A stretch of 64,000 bases of DNA from Camelus dromedarius (lineage: Eukaryota): NCBI RefSeq assembly GCF_036321535.1, contig NC_087441.1, positions 39,246,001 to 39,310,000 on the forward strand. Reading direction: 5' to 3'. How positions within the stretch are numbered: position 1 is the first letter of the stretch; the number at the start of each line of letters is the position of its first letter. Position numbers and translations under genes: made by a program. The notes under the pieces were generated by a model that was not told the origin of the DNA, searched no databases, and was given only the letters and a program-made list of their open reading frames with translations. Shown here piece after piece: positions 13,011 to 24,620 of the stretch.

Positions 13011-14633
13011 CTGCAAGAAAATATACACAGAGGTAAAGTTATTAAGATGCTTCCCAAGGCACATGCTTTTGTTTATGAGCAAAATATCAATATCCAGTCC
13101 TGGAAACGGATCCCTAGCCTGTATTTCCCCTTCCACAAATACAGACTGAACAGAACAATCAAGTGATAAAACGTCCATCAATTTCTATTTAAATCTACAG
13201 TTTTCTTTAATCCGAAAAGAACTATCTATACTAGATACACTCTTGTAGTTATACCAAATCAATTAAAATAACTAAGTAATTTACTTTTTAATCCAAAATT
13301 TCCACCTATATATAGAAAACTACATTCTAAAAAAATTCCCAAATGGAATGGCAAAAAAAAAGTTTGATGTTTCTCATTAGAAACTACCCACTGATAAATA
13401 CTCAGTATTGCCATTAATTTTTAAGCTTATATATTCTGAAGCATAATTCAGAATCTCCATGACAAAGGTGAATATTAAGTTGTCAGAGTTTGTGTCTTCT
13501 AGCTATCTCTTTCTCCCACGTCATCTCTAGAACCAAATTTCATAGTTCATACTTACAAATTATTGAGCCTCTACCATCTTTCACAGAATTATAAAATTAT
13601 CTGTGAATCCAAACATCAAATTGCTTGCAGTTTGTTAAGTGAGACATGTAAGTCAACATTTACATAAATAAGAAAGCTGTATATACCATTTTACAGCTTG
13701 ATGTCTATTTGATACTATACATCTGTTTATGATCTGTTCCCCCACAAGAGTACTGTACTAACTCTGAGAACTCCTAGGTTAGTGCCTGGCAGTATTGAGA
13801 AACTCAGTAAATTTTGGCTGAATGAAAGAGCTAATAAGCTAATGGAATGAAAGGAGAAAGACAGTAACAAAGAAAACTCGTACTTAGAACCATTACAAGA
13901 GTAAACAAGGAAAACTCAAGCCACTCGTGATTGTGGCTGAGCCCACGAGAAAACTCTGTGCTTCGTTCCAGGCCAAGGAAGCACTGGCCCCGTCAAGGTT
14001 GGGAGCAGCTCAGCGGCCTCTTTCTGAAATGAAAGAGCACAGGGATCCCTGAAGAAGTCGCCACGGAAACTACTCAGCTTTTCCTACTTGAGAATTTCTG
14101 AAGTCTTCGTAAATATTCATTATCAATCAAATTTTCAAGAGATACGCCCTCATTTTAATGGAAGTTTAAAAGTACTTGAATCAATGACGAACATCTAAGA
14201 TTAGTAGAAAGGTGTTTGTCAGGAAGATAAAAGACTCACTGCACTCATATTTTAATTGGCCTCAGCAGTCCAGCCGATGCTGAAAAAGTAATTATACCTA
14301 AGAGGCAATTATAATAAAGCTTTTAAATATGACTGGCCCTACCCTTTTTCTAACAAATGTGTGTAAATATATTTCATTCTTATTTCTTTTCATGACCAAC
14401 GTTAGCATTTACATGTCATAAACTGCAAACATTGCAACTATAAACATAAGGGTTCAACCCAGTGACATTCCAACTTATTATTTTTTAGGGCTCCATGAGG
14501 CTGTAAGTTAGGGGTCACCTACACCCAACAACAGCTAACATTTATTGGGCATTACTCTGCACCTGTACTGTTCTATGCATTTATACAAAGATCCTTTATT
14601 TCTCACACTAAAATCATTAATTTTATACTGTTA

Positions 14634-14809
14634 CCGTATTTCACCAAATTTAAGACGCCATCAAGTATGTGATGCACCCTACCTTATGTACCAATAAGAA
14701 AGAAAAAGGAAAACGCCAACTAAACTATGATATGCAATCAATTATAAGATAACATCATATTTCAGAGATGTTTAAATGTAAAAAATATCTTAGAATCAGC
14801 TAAATATAG
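14634..14809 (-). mobile_element. TcMar MITE MER104-like, nested in a MIR
   Basis: Degenerate TIRs ccgtattt.../...aaatatag flanked by TA at 14632-33 and 14810-11; MIR sequence on both sides (~14530-14900). Confidence 0.7.
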
Positions 14810-14949
14810 TATCATTCCAATTTTATAGATGTGGAAACTGAGATAAAGAGCTTTTAAATAATGTGTCCAAAGCTATACAGGCTAGTAACTAGCAGAACTG
14901 AATAAATTTACTGTATAGAATTTCATTTAAAAGGAAAAAAAATTTTTTT

Positions 14950-16200
14950 TCAGCTGAGAAATTCCAGGGAAGTCATTTGAGCTAGGCAGTGAATTAAGGC
15001 ATACCGGTAAGTATAGATGGAGAAAAGGACTGTAGGTCGGAGAAACATGGCAGCAAGGGAAAAGCTTAAGGAATACACAAGGAATTAGAAATTATTCCAT
15101 TGGTGGATGTATGCGTGGTAAAGAAAACAAGTTGAAAATACAATTGAAAGTTTAGCGTGGACAGTGATAGCTTTTTTTAGCAGCAGTAATAAGGTCAGAA
15201 TTCTATTTCTAAACATAGAGGATAAATCTAGCAACAGTGCATAAAATGGAAAGAGAAAAACAAGGCTAGAGGCAGGATGAAACTAGGTAGCCACCGAAAT
15301 CATCTCGGCAAAGTTAATTAGGTTCTGAACTAGGCTGGTAGCAAAGGGAATAGCAGGGAACAGGGAAAAAATCTAATATGCTGATGGATGCCAACTTGAA
15401 TTTGCAGGCAGAGAATGTGCCACAAACAAAAACAAGAAACAGAAAAGAAAACCCATATATATTTGAAGGACACAGAGTACTTTCAGTTAAAGGTATCAAG
15501 TACGCATTCAGAAATGGGCAAATGGAATTAAAGAGAGTTGGGCCTGATTTTAATTTGGGAGTCATTAGACTAAATGAAGTCGCCAGAGAAAATAAAGAGA
15601 AATAAGGGCCAATTTCAGCCATGTAAGGCATTCTGAATTGGGGGAAAAAAGTAGGAAGAGGAAAAAGTGGCAGATATTAAAAGAAAAGCAGCAACCACAA
15701 AGGTAGTAACAAACTCAAGAGAAGCCACCTGAGTACTGAGATCCAGGTCTGACATGGCAGTGTCTACAACATGCCCTGTGTGTCTGTGTAGCTGGGGGAC
15801 GGGGCAGGGGGTGGGGAGGAAAGGGCCTGTAAGATCACATCTCAGTCGCTAACAGCGCCCTCTGTGATCTGGCCCCTGCTTACTGATTTGTCAGGTCTCA
15901 TTTTCCATGACTCTCACTTCTCACTTTAAACTCTAGCCATACCCAGCTACTGGTCCTTTGAACACACTTTGCTCTCTCAGTCACCCTTCTGCACACTTGC
16001 CCCTTCCCCCAGTCTCATTCACACAACTCCTCATCACCCCTCAGTCCTCCAAAACAGTCCTTAGATTGTCCCTTCTCCCTTTGCTCAGGCTGCATTCTAC
16101 ACATATCTCCATAAAGCAATCATCCGCTGTGCTGTAAATTACTTATCTGATGTCTTTCCCCAAGAGACTGAGCTCCTAACAATAAATACAGAAAATATTT
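14950..16200. mobile_element. Two L2 fragments (~14950-15720 minus; ~15855-16200 plus)
   Basis: ctgtgatctggcccctgcttac...ctctagccatacc...caagagactgagctcc on plus; purine-rich counterpart on minus. Confidence 0.55.
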
Positions 16201-18489
16201 AGTAAATAAGGAAACCATATAGTAAATGAGGGCATGGGAATGCTAGTAAGAACATCACTGAACTGCCTAACCTTGGAAGCCAGACAGGACAGGGAGGCAA
16301 GATGAACAGGAAAGAGTCTGATAAAATATCAGTCTGTGAGAATTCATGATGAGAGGCGTGTTCAGTAAAAGCATGGAAATGAAAGAACTGTAGGGCTACA
16401 AAGTTTATAGACAAAAGAGAAATTTCAGAGGCCAAAATTTTAAAGATGGCATTTCTAAGGTGTGGCTGTAGCCCCATGCAGTTGTAGAAAATGGACTATG
16501 GTCGGCTGGATTGTGTCTCTTCAGCATCCACAAGTGGGTCACGATACACTTAACAAAGGATTCTTTGTCAGCACTCAGCCATTTATTTAAAAAAAAAAAA
16601 AGTATCTATATCCTTCATCAACAGCATTGGGCATTTACCAAGTCTACTGTTAAATGTGATTCAAAATGAGATACAAAAACTACCAATTAGTGTTCCTTGG
16701 CAAACTGACACAAGCAAGCTCTCGTTCTTAAAGTTGCTATGAAAATATTAAAGTATGAAATCATCAGCATGAAAGAAGGCTGTAAACCAGTAAACCTTGC
16801 AAATCCTCAAGATTTCAAAAGACCAAACATGAAAGTATGTTATTCCAAAGCCCCCTGCCTCTTCCTTGAGGTTTCATAAAGAATCTGATTGTAAGTAAAG
16901 TTTCTAAAGTATTATAAATCAAGACTTCTCACTTTAATTTGTTTATTGCAATTGTAGGAATGCTGATAGGAATCAGAGGCAGATGGACTCAGCTGATACT
17001 GCAGATTACTTGATGTGTCAAAGATTCACAAATTGTCTTTTGTTACCCTGGCTCAGAATCCTCAAGCACTTTCCATCTGACAAGAATTTCACATACTGAA
17101 CTATATCAGAGCCTGGTACAATTTGAAAGAACCACACAATTTGAAAGAAAAAAAATTTTAGGGTTAAAAATGTATCACTTTTATAAATGCTTACGTGCAC
17201 AGTATATAATGAGTGATACCTTACGTCCAAAGAAATGAAAAGAATAGCACATCTTACGCTTTCTTAACTCTGCCTACCCTGTGTTCATGCCTGTTACATT
17301 TCCAGTGTTCTAGAAATAACCAAATGTCTCGGTTAAGAATACAATAACTGACCCTATATTCTATTTTATTTAGNNNNNNNNNNNNNNNNNNNNNNNNNNN
17401 NNNNNNNNNNNNNNNNNNNNNNNNNNNNNNNNNNNNNNNNNNNNNNNNNNNNNNNNNNNNNNNNNNNNNNNNNNNNNNNNNNNNNNNNNNNNNNNNNNNN
17501 NNNNNNNNNNNNNNNNNNNNNNNNNNNNNNNNNNNNNNNNNNNNNNNNNNNNNNNNNNNNNNNNNNNNNNNNNNNNNNNNNNNNNNNNNNNNNGCAGTGA
17601 TCAAAAGGTGGAGCTAAGAAAACTAAGCTAAGCAATGTAAAGGGAGAGGGGTTGGAGTTATGAGTTAAAATAACATACCTTACACTCTGAATTCTGACAA
17701 TCAATGATGGACAGCACTCAAAGGAAGGGATAGGGAATGTAAATCCCACAAACCTAGGCAATCCTCACTCATATTGGCTTTATTACATCACCTCTCAACA
17801 ACTGCGTGTAATGTGAGAGAAACCATATTGATATGGTTATCTTGCAGCGTCTTCAGAAATTATCTGAAGAATGGTTTAATACAGAAAAATTCTCTTCCTT
17901 TAAAATATACCTAATAAACTTCTCAATAACATTTTATATTAGCCCAATTTACCAAGTAATCTTCTGCTCCCCCACATCCCAGCTGCAGCTAGATCCCAAG
18001 TCCCAAATCTCTGAGTACTAGTCCTGCCACTAACTTGCTGGCCAACCCATAGCAAAGCCACTTACCTTTCCTGAGCCTCCATTACCTTGCTTGTAGCAAG
18101 AGGAAGCCAGGTTAGGTGATATCTGATATTCTAGCATTTGTCTAATTACGCATGGTCTTACAGTGAAACTGAAATTTGGGCCACCTCATTCATTGGGCAN
18201 NNNNNNNNNNNNNNNNNNNNNNNNNNNNNNNNNNNNNNNNNNNNNNNNNNNNNNNNNNNNNNNNNNNNNNNNNNNNNNNNNNNNNNNNNNNNNNNNNNNN
18301 NNNNNNNNNNNNNNNNNNNNNNNNNNNNNNNNNNNNNNNNNNNNNNNNNNNNNNNNACAACGCTACTCTCAAAACTGATTCTGGGTAACTCCGAGAACTC
18401 TGAATCCCATAAACTTTTAAAACACCACCGTACGAAAAATAGCTTTCTACCTGAATAAAGGTGAAAATGTGAAAACTGACACTTCTGCG

Positions 18490-19640
18490 GTTCTGCAAAG
18501 ACTACTTCCACTTGGGGTATCTATTTTCGTGTAATTCTCTAAACCTCGCGCTGCCGTTAAGTGGCACGGAAACCAAAGTGCCCCCGACTGAATTACAAGC
18601 CTGACACTCCAGGGCCCTCGCAGCCTCGCCCAGACTTCCAGATTTCAGGGAACAAACGGAGAAGGGGAAACAGCCGTGGAGTTACTAGTAAGTGCCTGAA
18701 CACTCTGCGAGAACTAGAGGAAAGAGTGGCGGGCGAAGAGGCCATGCGGCCCCGCTGTTCGCTTCTCCATCCTGGTCCGGGACGCCGAGGGCCGTAGCGA
18801 CTGCGGCCGGTCCCACTCCACCCCTGGGTAGCTGCGGGCCGGCGGCCGCGGAAGTCACCTGTGAAGGAGTCAGGGTAGATGGACTCCAGAGCCTCCAGTT
18901 CGTTGCGCTGCTCCTCGCCGTAATCTGTCATCGCGGCCCTCGCTGCAGCCCATGGATGGCCCAGACACCCAGGCGGCGCGCAGCAGCCGGGACCGCGGCC
19001 GCGCCGGGAGAGCTGGCAGCGGCCAGGCGGGCGCAGGCGCAGAGTCCCTGGCTGGGAGGCCCGGGACCCAAAGCCAGGCCAGGCCTGCTGAGCAACAGCC
19101 CGGCGCCGGCCTCCACCTGCTCCCTAGTTCCGCGTTCGACTGATTGGGCCTGGCCAGTGGGCCGCCTGTCCCACGCCCGCTCGGGATTTGCTGATTTGCT
19201 CGGATGATGAAGGCGCCCGGTCTGGCATTTGCCACGGACACCTAAGGATCGGTTTCTGGGCTTTGCAGGGCCTGAGCCGGAGAAGCCCCTCAGCGCCGTA
19301 TCCTCGCTCGATGTGTCTGGGCTTAAGGCCGGCCTCACGTGCCAGGACGTGACGGTGTAGCGGGTGGCTGGACGCTGGGGGCGAAGTTCGTCATTTCCGG
19401 TTTCCGAGTTTCGACCCTGTAGTGGCGGCAGGGTGGTCAGATACGCTGAGCCAAAGGCTCAGAAATGTGCCTTTGCCTTAGTGCTGGCTAGTGGTGGGGT
19501 CCTAGTGAAGCTTCTCGAGCCTTCGCGTTCTTGGGGCCCCACGGGAGTGTGAAGGCCAGTGGGTCCGGAAGGGTCTGTTCTGCTGAATAGCCAGAGTGAA
19601 TCCGGGGAGAAATCAGATGGGAGTCCGGAAGTCTGGGTTC
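18490..19640. promoter_or_regulatory. CpG-island promoter of RWDD1
   Basis: High GC/CpG around exon 1; CCAAT on minus strand 19143-19147; E-box CACGTG 19336-19341; ETS-like TTTCCGG/TTTCCG ~19394-19406 and CCGGAAGT 19625-19632. Confidence 0.85.
18859..18931 (-). CDS. RWDD1: RWDD1 exon 1 CDS (MTDYGEEQRNELEALESIYPDSFT), RWD domain-containing protein 1
   Basis: ORF 18593..18931 starts with the RWDD1 N-terminus; donor ACAG|GTGACT at 18858; lies in a CpG island; 73 nt, phase 1. Confidence 0.97.
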
Positions 19641-19839
19641 TAGATTCAGATCGCTAGGCTTCCGTTTTGAGTCTGTAAAATGAACGCGGCTGGACATAGA
19701 TTTAAATAGGTCTGTGATTGCGTATTTTCTGTGAATGATGTAACAATTTTGATGAGCAATGTAAAAGTAGCAGTTCTCCGAGAAATACTTCAGAACCTTT
19801 GGTTTGGCAGAATGAAACTGAGGAAGTGAATCTCAGTAC

Positions 19840-20505
19840 TACAAGCCTCACTGACCTCCACTCCTTGCTTATCTCCTACAGTCTACTCTGACTCAGCACA
19901 GCAGCTAGAGTTAACCTGCTACAATGTAAATCAGGTCATGTCACTCTTTTGCTCATAACTGACCCCCCCGCCCCTTAAAGACCCTTGTATTTAACAGTAT
20001 AAGCGCTATGGAATCTGACTCCCTGACCATCACCTGCATCTCCTGTGATCTCTTAACCTTATTTCCTACTACCCTGCCACCTATTCCGTGCTTCAGCCAC
20101 ACTATCCTCCTCGCTGTTCTTTAAAAATGGAAGGCAGGTTCTCCCCCTAAGGAGGGGCTTGCTGTTCCCTCTGCCTGGAATGCTCTCCCCACCCCACCCC
20201 CCGCCATGCCCATGTCTTTCTTTAGCTGTAACTTGTTCAACGAGACTACCCCAATCACCCTACTTAAAATTAAAACCACTTCCTTCTCAGTACTTCCTTT
20301 TCCCTTTACCCCATGATATTTTTCTCATGACACTTTAAAATTACACTGGGATTATTTATAATGTTTATTCTTTCTCTCCCTCTACTAGACTGTGAGTTCC
20401 ATGGGGTCAGGGATTTTATATACAGTTGTACTTTAGTACATAGGGCAGAGCAGGACAGAATAAGCACTCAAAAAATATATATTCTCTGAATAAATGAGTG
20501 AATCC
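19840..20505 (+). mobile_element. L2 3' region
   Basis: gctgttccctctgcctggaatgctctcc, ctagactgtgagttccatg and tail aataaatgagtgaat. Confidence 0.8.
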
Positions 20506-21044
20506 AATGGAGTACTAACATGATATGATTCTAAACGCACTGGACCAGGGAGTTATAAAACTAGTTTAAAGCCCTTCTTTATAGTTGACTTACCAAATGC
20601 ATTTGTATAAGATGCATCCTCTATGGGTCTCAGCTTCCAAATCTATGAAATGGGGGAGTTAGGCAAAAATGATCGAGATAATTTCTAGATTTAAGAATCT
20701 ATGATTCCTCAAGATCTTGCTTACATTGGTGATAGCTGTGTACTAGACTTCAAAGACAGCGGTTAACACCTCTGATCCAAGGTGTTAACCACAAGAGTGG
20801 TGTCTGTGAGCGGAGTTGTTACTCCCCTAACAGTCTTGATGCTAATGTTCTTGAACCGTTTGGCAAGATGGTGACCTCAATTCTGAGCAACCACAAAGTA
20901 GGGACAACATTGAGTTTTAAGTAGGCTACACTTCCACATTACCTTGCATCCAAGGATGAAGTATAAGGTGGACAGACTTGAAATAGCATTTGTACATGTT
21001 CCTTTTCTCTCACCCTAGTAATGATCATTTTGATCATTTGTTTT

Positions 21045-21140
21045 CTTTTACTTTTTCTTCTCTTCCTCCTCTTCCCTCTCCTCTCTCTCTCCTCTGTCTC
21101 TCTCTGTCTCTCCCTCTTCTCTGCATACCGCCTCCCTCTC
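21045..21140. repeat. CT-rich polypyrimidine low-complexity tract
   Basis: ttttcttctcttcctcctcttccctctcctctctctctcctctgtctctctctgtctctccc. Confidence 0.8.
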
Positions 21141-22079
21141 TGACATCTGCCTTTGCTTTGGATTTGAAAGGGACTAGGTGGGGAAGGAGGAGAGAAAATG
21201 AAGGAGCAAAAGAGTTATGGAAGAAGATAGGGTTAGTGAAATGCAGTATGAATTTTATTAAATGTGTGGAAGGAAAATAAACTTGAGAGTTAAAGTGGAA
21301 AATTAAAATTTAAGTCAAATCACCCTTTCAGCTTCCTGAAAAAAAAATATAGTGACAGTTGAGTCAGGGATGACCCTAAGGGTGTGCAGGGTTCTGGAAA
21401 AACATTTTGTGGGGTTGAGGGGCAGGGGAGATTCCTTATCTATATAAACAATTTTATTAAAGGATGTATTTTAAAACTTCGTGGGCTCATGTGAGATACA
21501 GTGATTTAGTGATGGAGGTTTAGAATAATAGATACACTTGCACATTTGTTTACTGTTTAATCAGTGTTCATGGAGATACTCCACCATGTCCATGCACAGT
21601 CTCTTCCTGGTCAGATGGAAGAATGGTATCATCTCTATGTTCTTTATTGTCAAATGCATTGTTGCTATCTAAATTCATATCTCCCACAATGACTAAACAA
21701 AAACAAAAACAAAACAAAAAGTAGCACTGTTGTTACTACTCTCAATGCCATAGCTCTTTGTAGTTTCTATTGAAACAATATAGTTCTTGCCTCTGCAGGA
21801 TTCTAATACCATTTATGTAATGCTGACGACATCAGTACTCATTAAGCTCCATCAGCAGCATGCCACTCCTGAACACTGGCTTCCAATGATTTTCTCCAAG
21901 AATGTGCTCTCTAGGTGAAGTCCATCCATGCAGTTCTTACCCAAAACATGCAACAAAATGGGAATGGTCATTTTTCTAGTCACTATCTTCCAGAAACGTA
22001 TTTTCTTGATTTCTGTGGCACATAATCACTGTATTCCTAGACGGGGATCTCTTTGGGTGCTGCCTGCACCCTGCCTTCC

Positions 22080-22560
22080 ACACAGAGCCACAAGTTGGGA
22101 GGACCGACCAGGCGCCTTTGGGCGGAGCCAGAAGAGCCACCCAGTTAGTGTGCCGGAATGCGCTTGACCCACCCGGCAGAGCACAGCGTCACCGCACAGT
22201 CAGCAGCCAGAGAGGACAGGGACCCGAAGGGCGAGCTGTAAGCCTCCGAGGGCTTGATAACGCCCCGCTCCACTACCACCCACCCCCAGCCTGATCAGGG
22301 GCGGACACCCCGCGCACAGCCTACCCTGGATGCCCGCGGCGCGGCGCGGTGAATAAGGACCTGCCGCCATCCCGCCAGCTGGGATGCTGTAGACGGAGGT
22401 GGGCTTCTCTGGTCGGAAAACAACGGGCCCTCAGCGCGCCGAGGGCAAAGGGTCCGGAGGTGCGCGGAAGCAAAGAAACCCGCCCACGCTGTCGGGCCCT
22501 AGAAAATTTTCAAGAATGAGCTCAAAACGCAGAGCACCCTAACCGCAGGCAGAACGGAAC
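22080..22560. promoter_or_regulatory. Second small CpG island with no coding gene attached
   Basis: Dense CpG (e.g. cccgcggcgcggcgcgg) and GC boxes GGGCGG in AT-rich surroundings, ~3 kb upstream of RWDD1. Confidence 0.6.
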
Positions 22561-23282
22561 TGCATTCTTAACTACATTTTATTATTCTAGCTCTGCCACT
22601 AGTAACTAATGGTTTTTGCTGTTGGATTTATCTTTCCCGCAAAATATACACCTTTCTCACGGTATTCTTACGACCTATTTAATCGTTAATGGAGAAAATG
22701 TACTTATTTTGTAGGCAGCTTTCTCAAATTCATGTTATCTCAAGGTGAAAGAATGGCAAGCATGAACTGGTCAATAATACGACCATTATTCTTGATTTAA
22801 GAAATTTGCTCAACTACTAAAGCGCCACATCGATCCAGATTAGCTTTTTCCCTTTGGCTTTTGTTTTCCCATATTTCAAGTGCTAGATTATGTCCACATT
22901 ATGAAATAGCTTATAATATATAATTCTGTTGATGTCACTAACTGGCAACTATAGAAGAAAAATATATTTTAAAAATGTTTATTTGTGGTTTACACTGAAA
23001 CATCTATAAAAAAAAACCACATAAAATGTGTAAACAGCTGTTCTTTTTTGCACTTTAGAACACTTTAAAACATGAGACCACATTGTATTTTCTATATTTA
23101 TAAAATATTATATTACAGATGTATGTATTTATTTTCCAGGAGCAACAATTTTGCCTACGGCAGAGCATCAATGCATATAGAATCATAGAATGCTTAGAAA
23201 TTACCCTGAAGAGGTCTTAATCCAGAGGGTCTCATTCATGACAGGCTTGCGGGTTCACAAACTCCTGAAATATATTGGTGTG

Positions 23283-23830
23283 TGTGTTTGTTTTCTATTG
23301 CCGCTGTTTCAAATGACCGCAAACTTAGTAGTCAGAACAATGTAAGTTTATTATCTTATAGTTCTGTAAGAATGGTATGTACTTCTTACTGTTTGACACA
23401 GATCAGACACAGGTCTCTCTGGGCTAAAATCAAAGTGTCAGCAGGGCTGTGTTCCTTCTGGAGGCTCTAGGGGAGAATCCGTTTTCTTTCCTCCTCCAGC
23501 TTCTCGAGGCTGCCTGCCTTCCTTGGCTTACGACCCTCATCATCTTTAAAGACAACAATGGCTGAATTCTCAGGCATCACTCTGACACTCCTTGACACTC
23601 CTCTTCCCTTGCCACTTTGCTTTTTCTCTGACTGTGATTCCTCCTCTTACAAGGACCCTTGTGACTCCAGTGGGACTTCCAGGATAATCAGTGTAATATC
23701 CCCATCTCAAGAGCCTTAACTTGATCACAGCTGCAAAGTCTCTTTGCCATATAAAGTATAAAGTAACATTCACAAATTCCAGGGATTAGAACGTGTACAT
23801 CTTTGAGAGGCCAGTATTTAGCCCACCACA
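23283..23830 (-). mobile_element. MaLR LTR, MLT1D-like
   Basis: Hallmark ggattctcccctagagcctccagaaggaacacagccctgctgacactttgattttagccca on minus; TGTGGT start. Confidence 0.85.
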
Positions 23831-24499
23831 GCATATAAAATCTGAGGTATGTGAGCCTGTGTGCGTATGCACAGTGTTATGTTTCTGGATAGTTCTTGAA
23901 AATAACTTTAGCCAGAACAGCTATTCAGAGGGACCTGTGACTTAAAGTAGTTTAATCACTCACTCCCAGAATTTGATCATCCTCCCCTATCTCTAGTAAG
24001 GGAAAATTAAAGTCCCAGAGAGAATGACTTATACGAGATCATGTGAATGGTCAGAGTGTGATTTCCTGACCTCATGTCGACCCTTTATAACTACAGCCTA
24101 TTGAAAACAAGTTGACAGATTATAGTGAAGTCTACCACTCCCTGCACAGGAAAGAGAATACCTGAAATTGCTGGGCAAGCTTGCAGTTAGTCTGTAGCTA
24201 ATAAAATCAGGGCTACTGGCTGTTGGGTAGCTCGGATCCAAAGTTATGCCTCAATGACAGTGGACAAGTCACTTTGCTAAGAAGGGCAGTACCTTGAAAG
24301 TGAGCCATTATACATGCAGATATAGTGGAAGTGGAAGAAGAAGGACTCAGACATGATACAGCAGCTTATTGTTGAAGCTCAGGATGTCTTAGTTATCCAT
24401 GGACAGAAGTAGGAGGAGAATCCTCATAACACCTGCAAGTCCCCAGGAGGTTTGTAATGCTTTCCGTAGCTGCATTCCAGCACAGTGCTACAGAATGCA

Positions 24500-24620
24500 G
24501 TGTCAGAAGTCAGACGTCTGGGGCTGGATTCTGGCTCCATCACTCACAGGCATGTGACCTTTGGCAAAGTGCTTGATTTCTCTGTATCTCAGTTACCCCA
24601 CCAATAAAATGGAGGAACTT
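24500..24620 (+). mobile_element. MIR SINE
   Basis: gtgacctttggcaaagtgcttgatttctctgtatctcagttaccccaccaataaaatgg. Confidence 0.65.

Noticed and set aside
15853-15870. CTCF-like half site (cagcgccctctg)
   Set aside because: Lacks the CCAC half of the core and abuts an L2
19200-19280. ATGATGA...CTGA with a 3-bp terminal stem resembling a C/D snoRNA
   Set aside because: Non-intronic promoter location, very short stem, no recognisable guide; likely chance
18692-19338. Several 120-170-aa ORFs on both strands
   Set aside because: Stop-poor GC-rich CpG island giving Ala/Arg/Pro/Gly-rich translations; only the short uORF portion is kept as a finding
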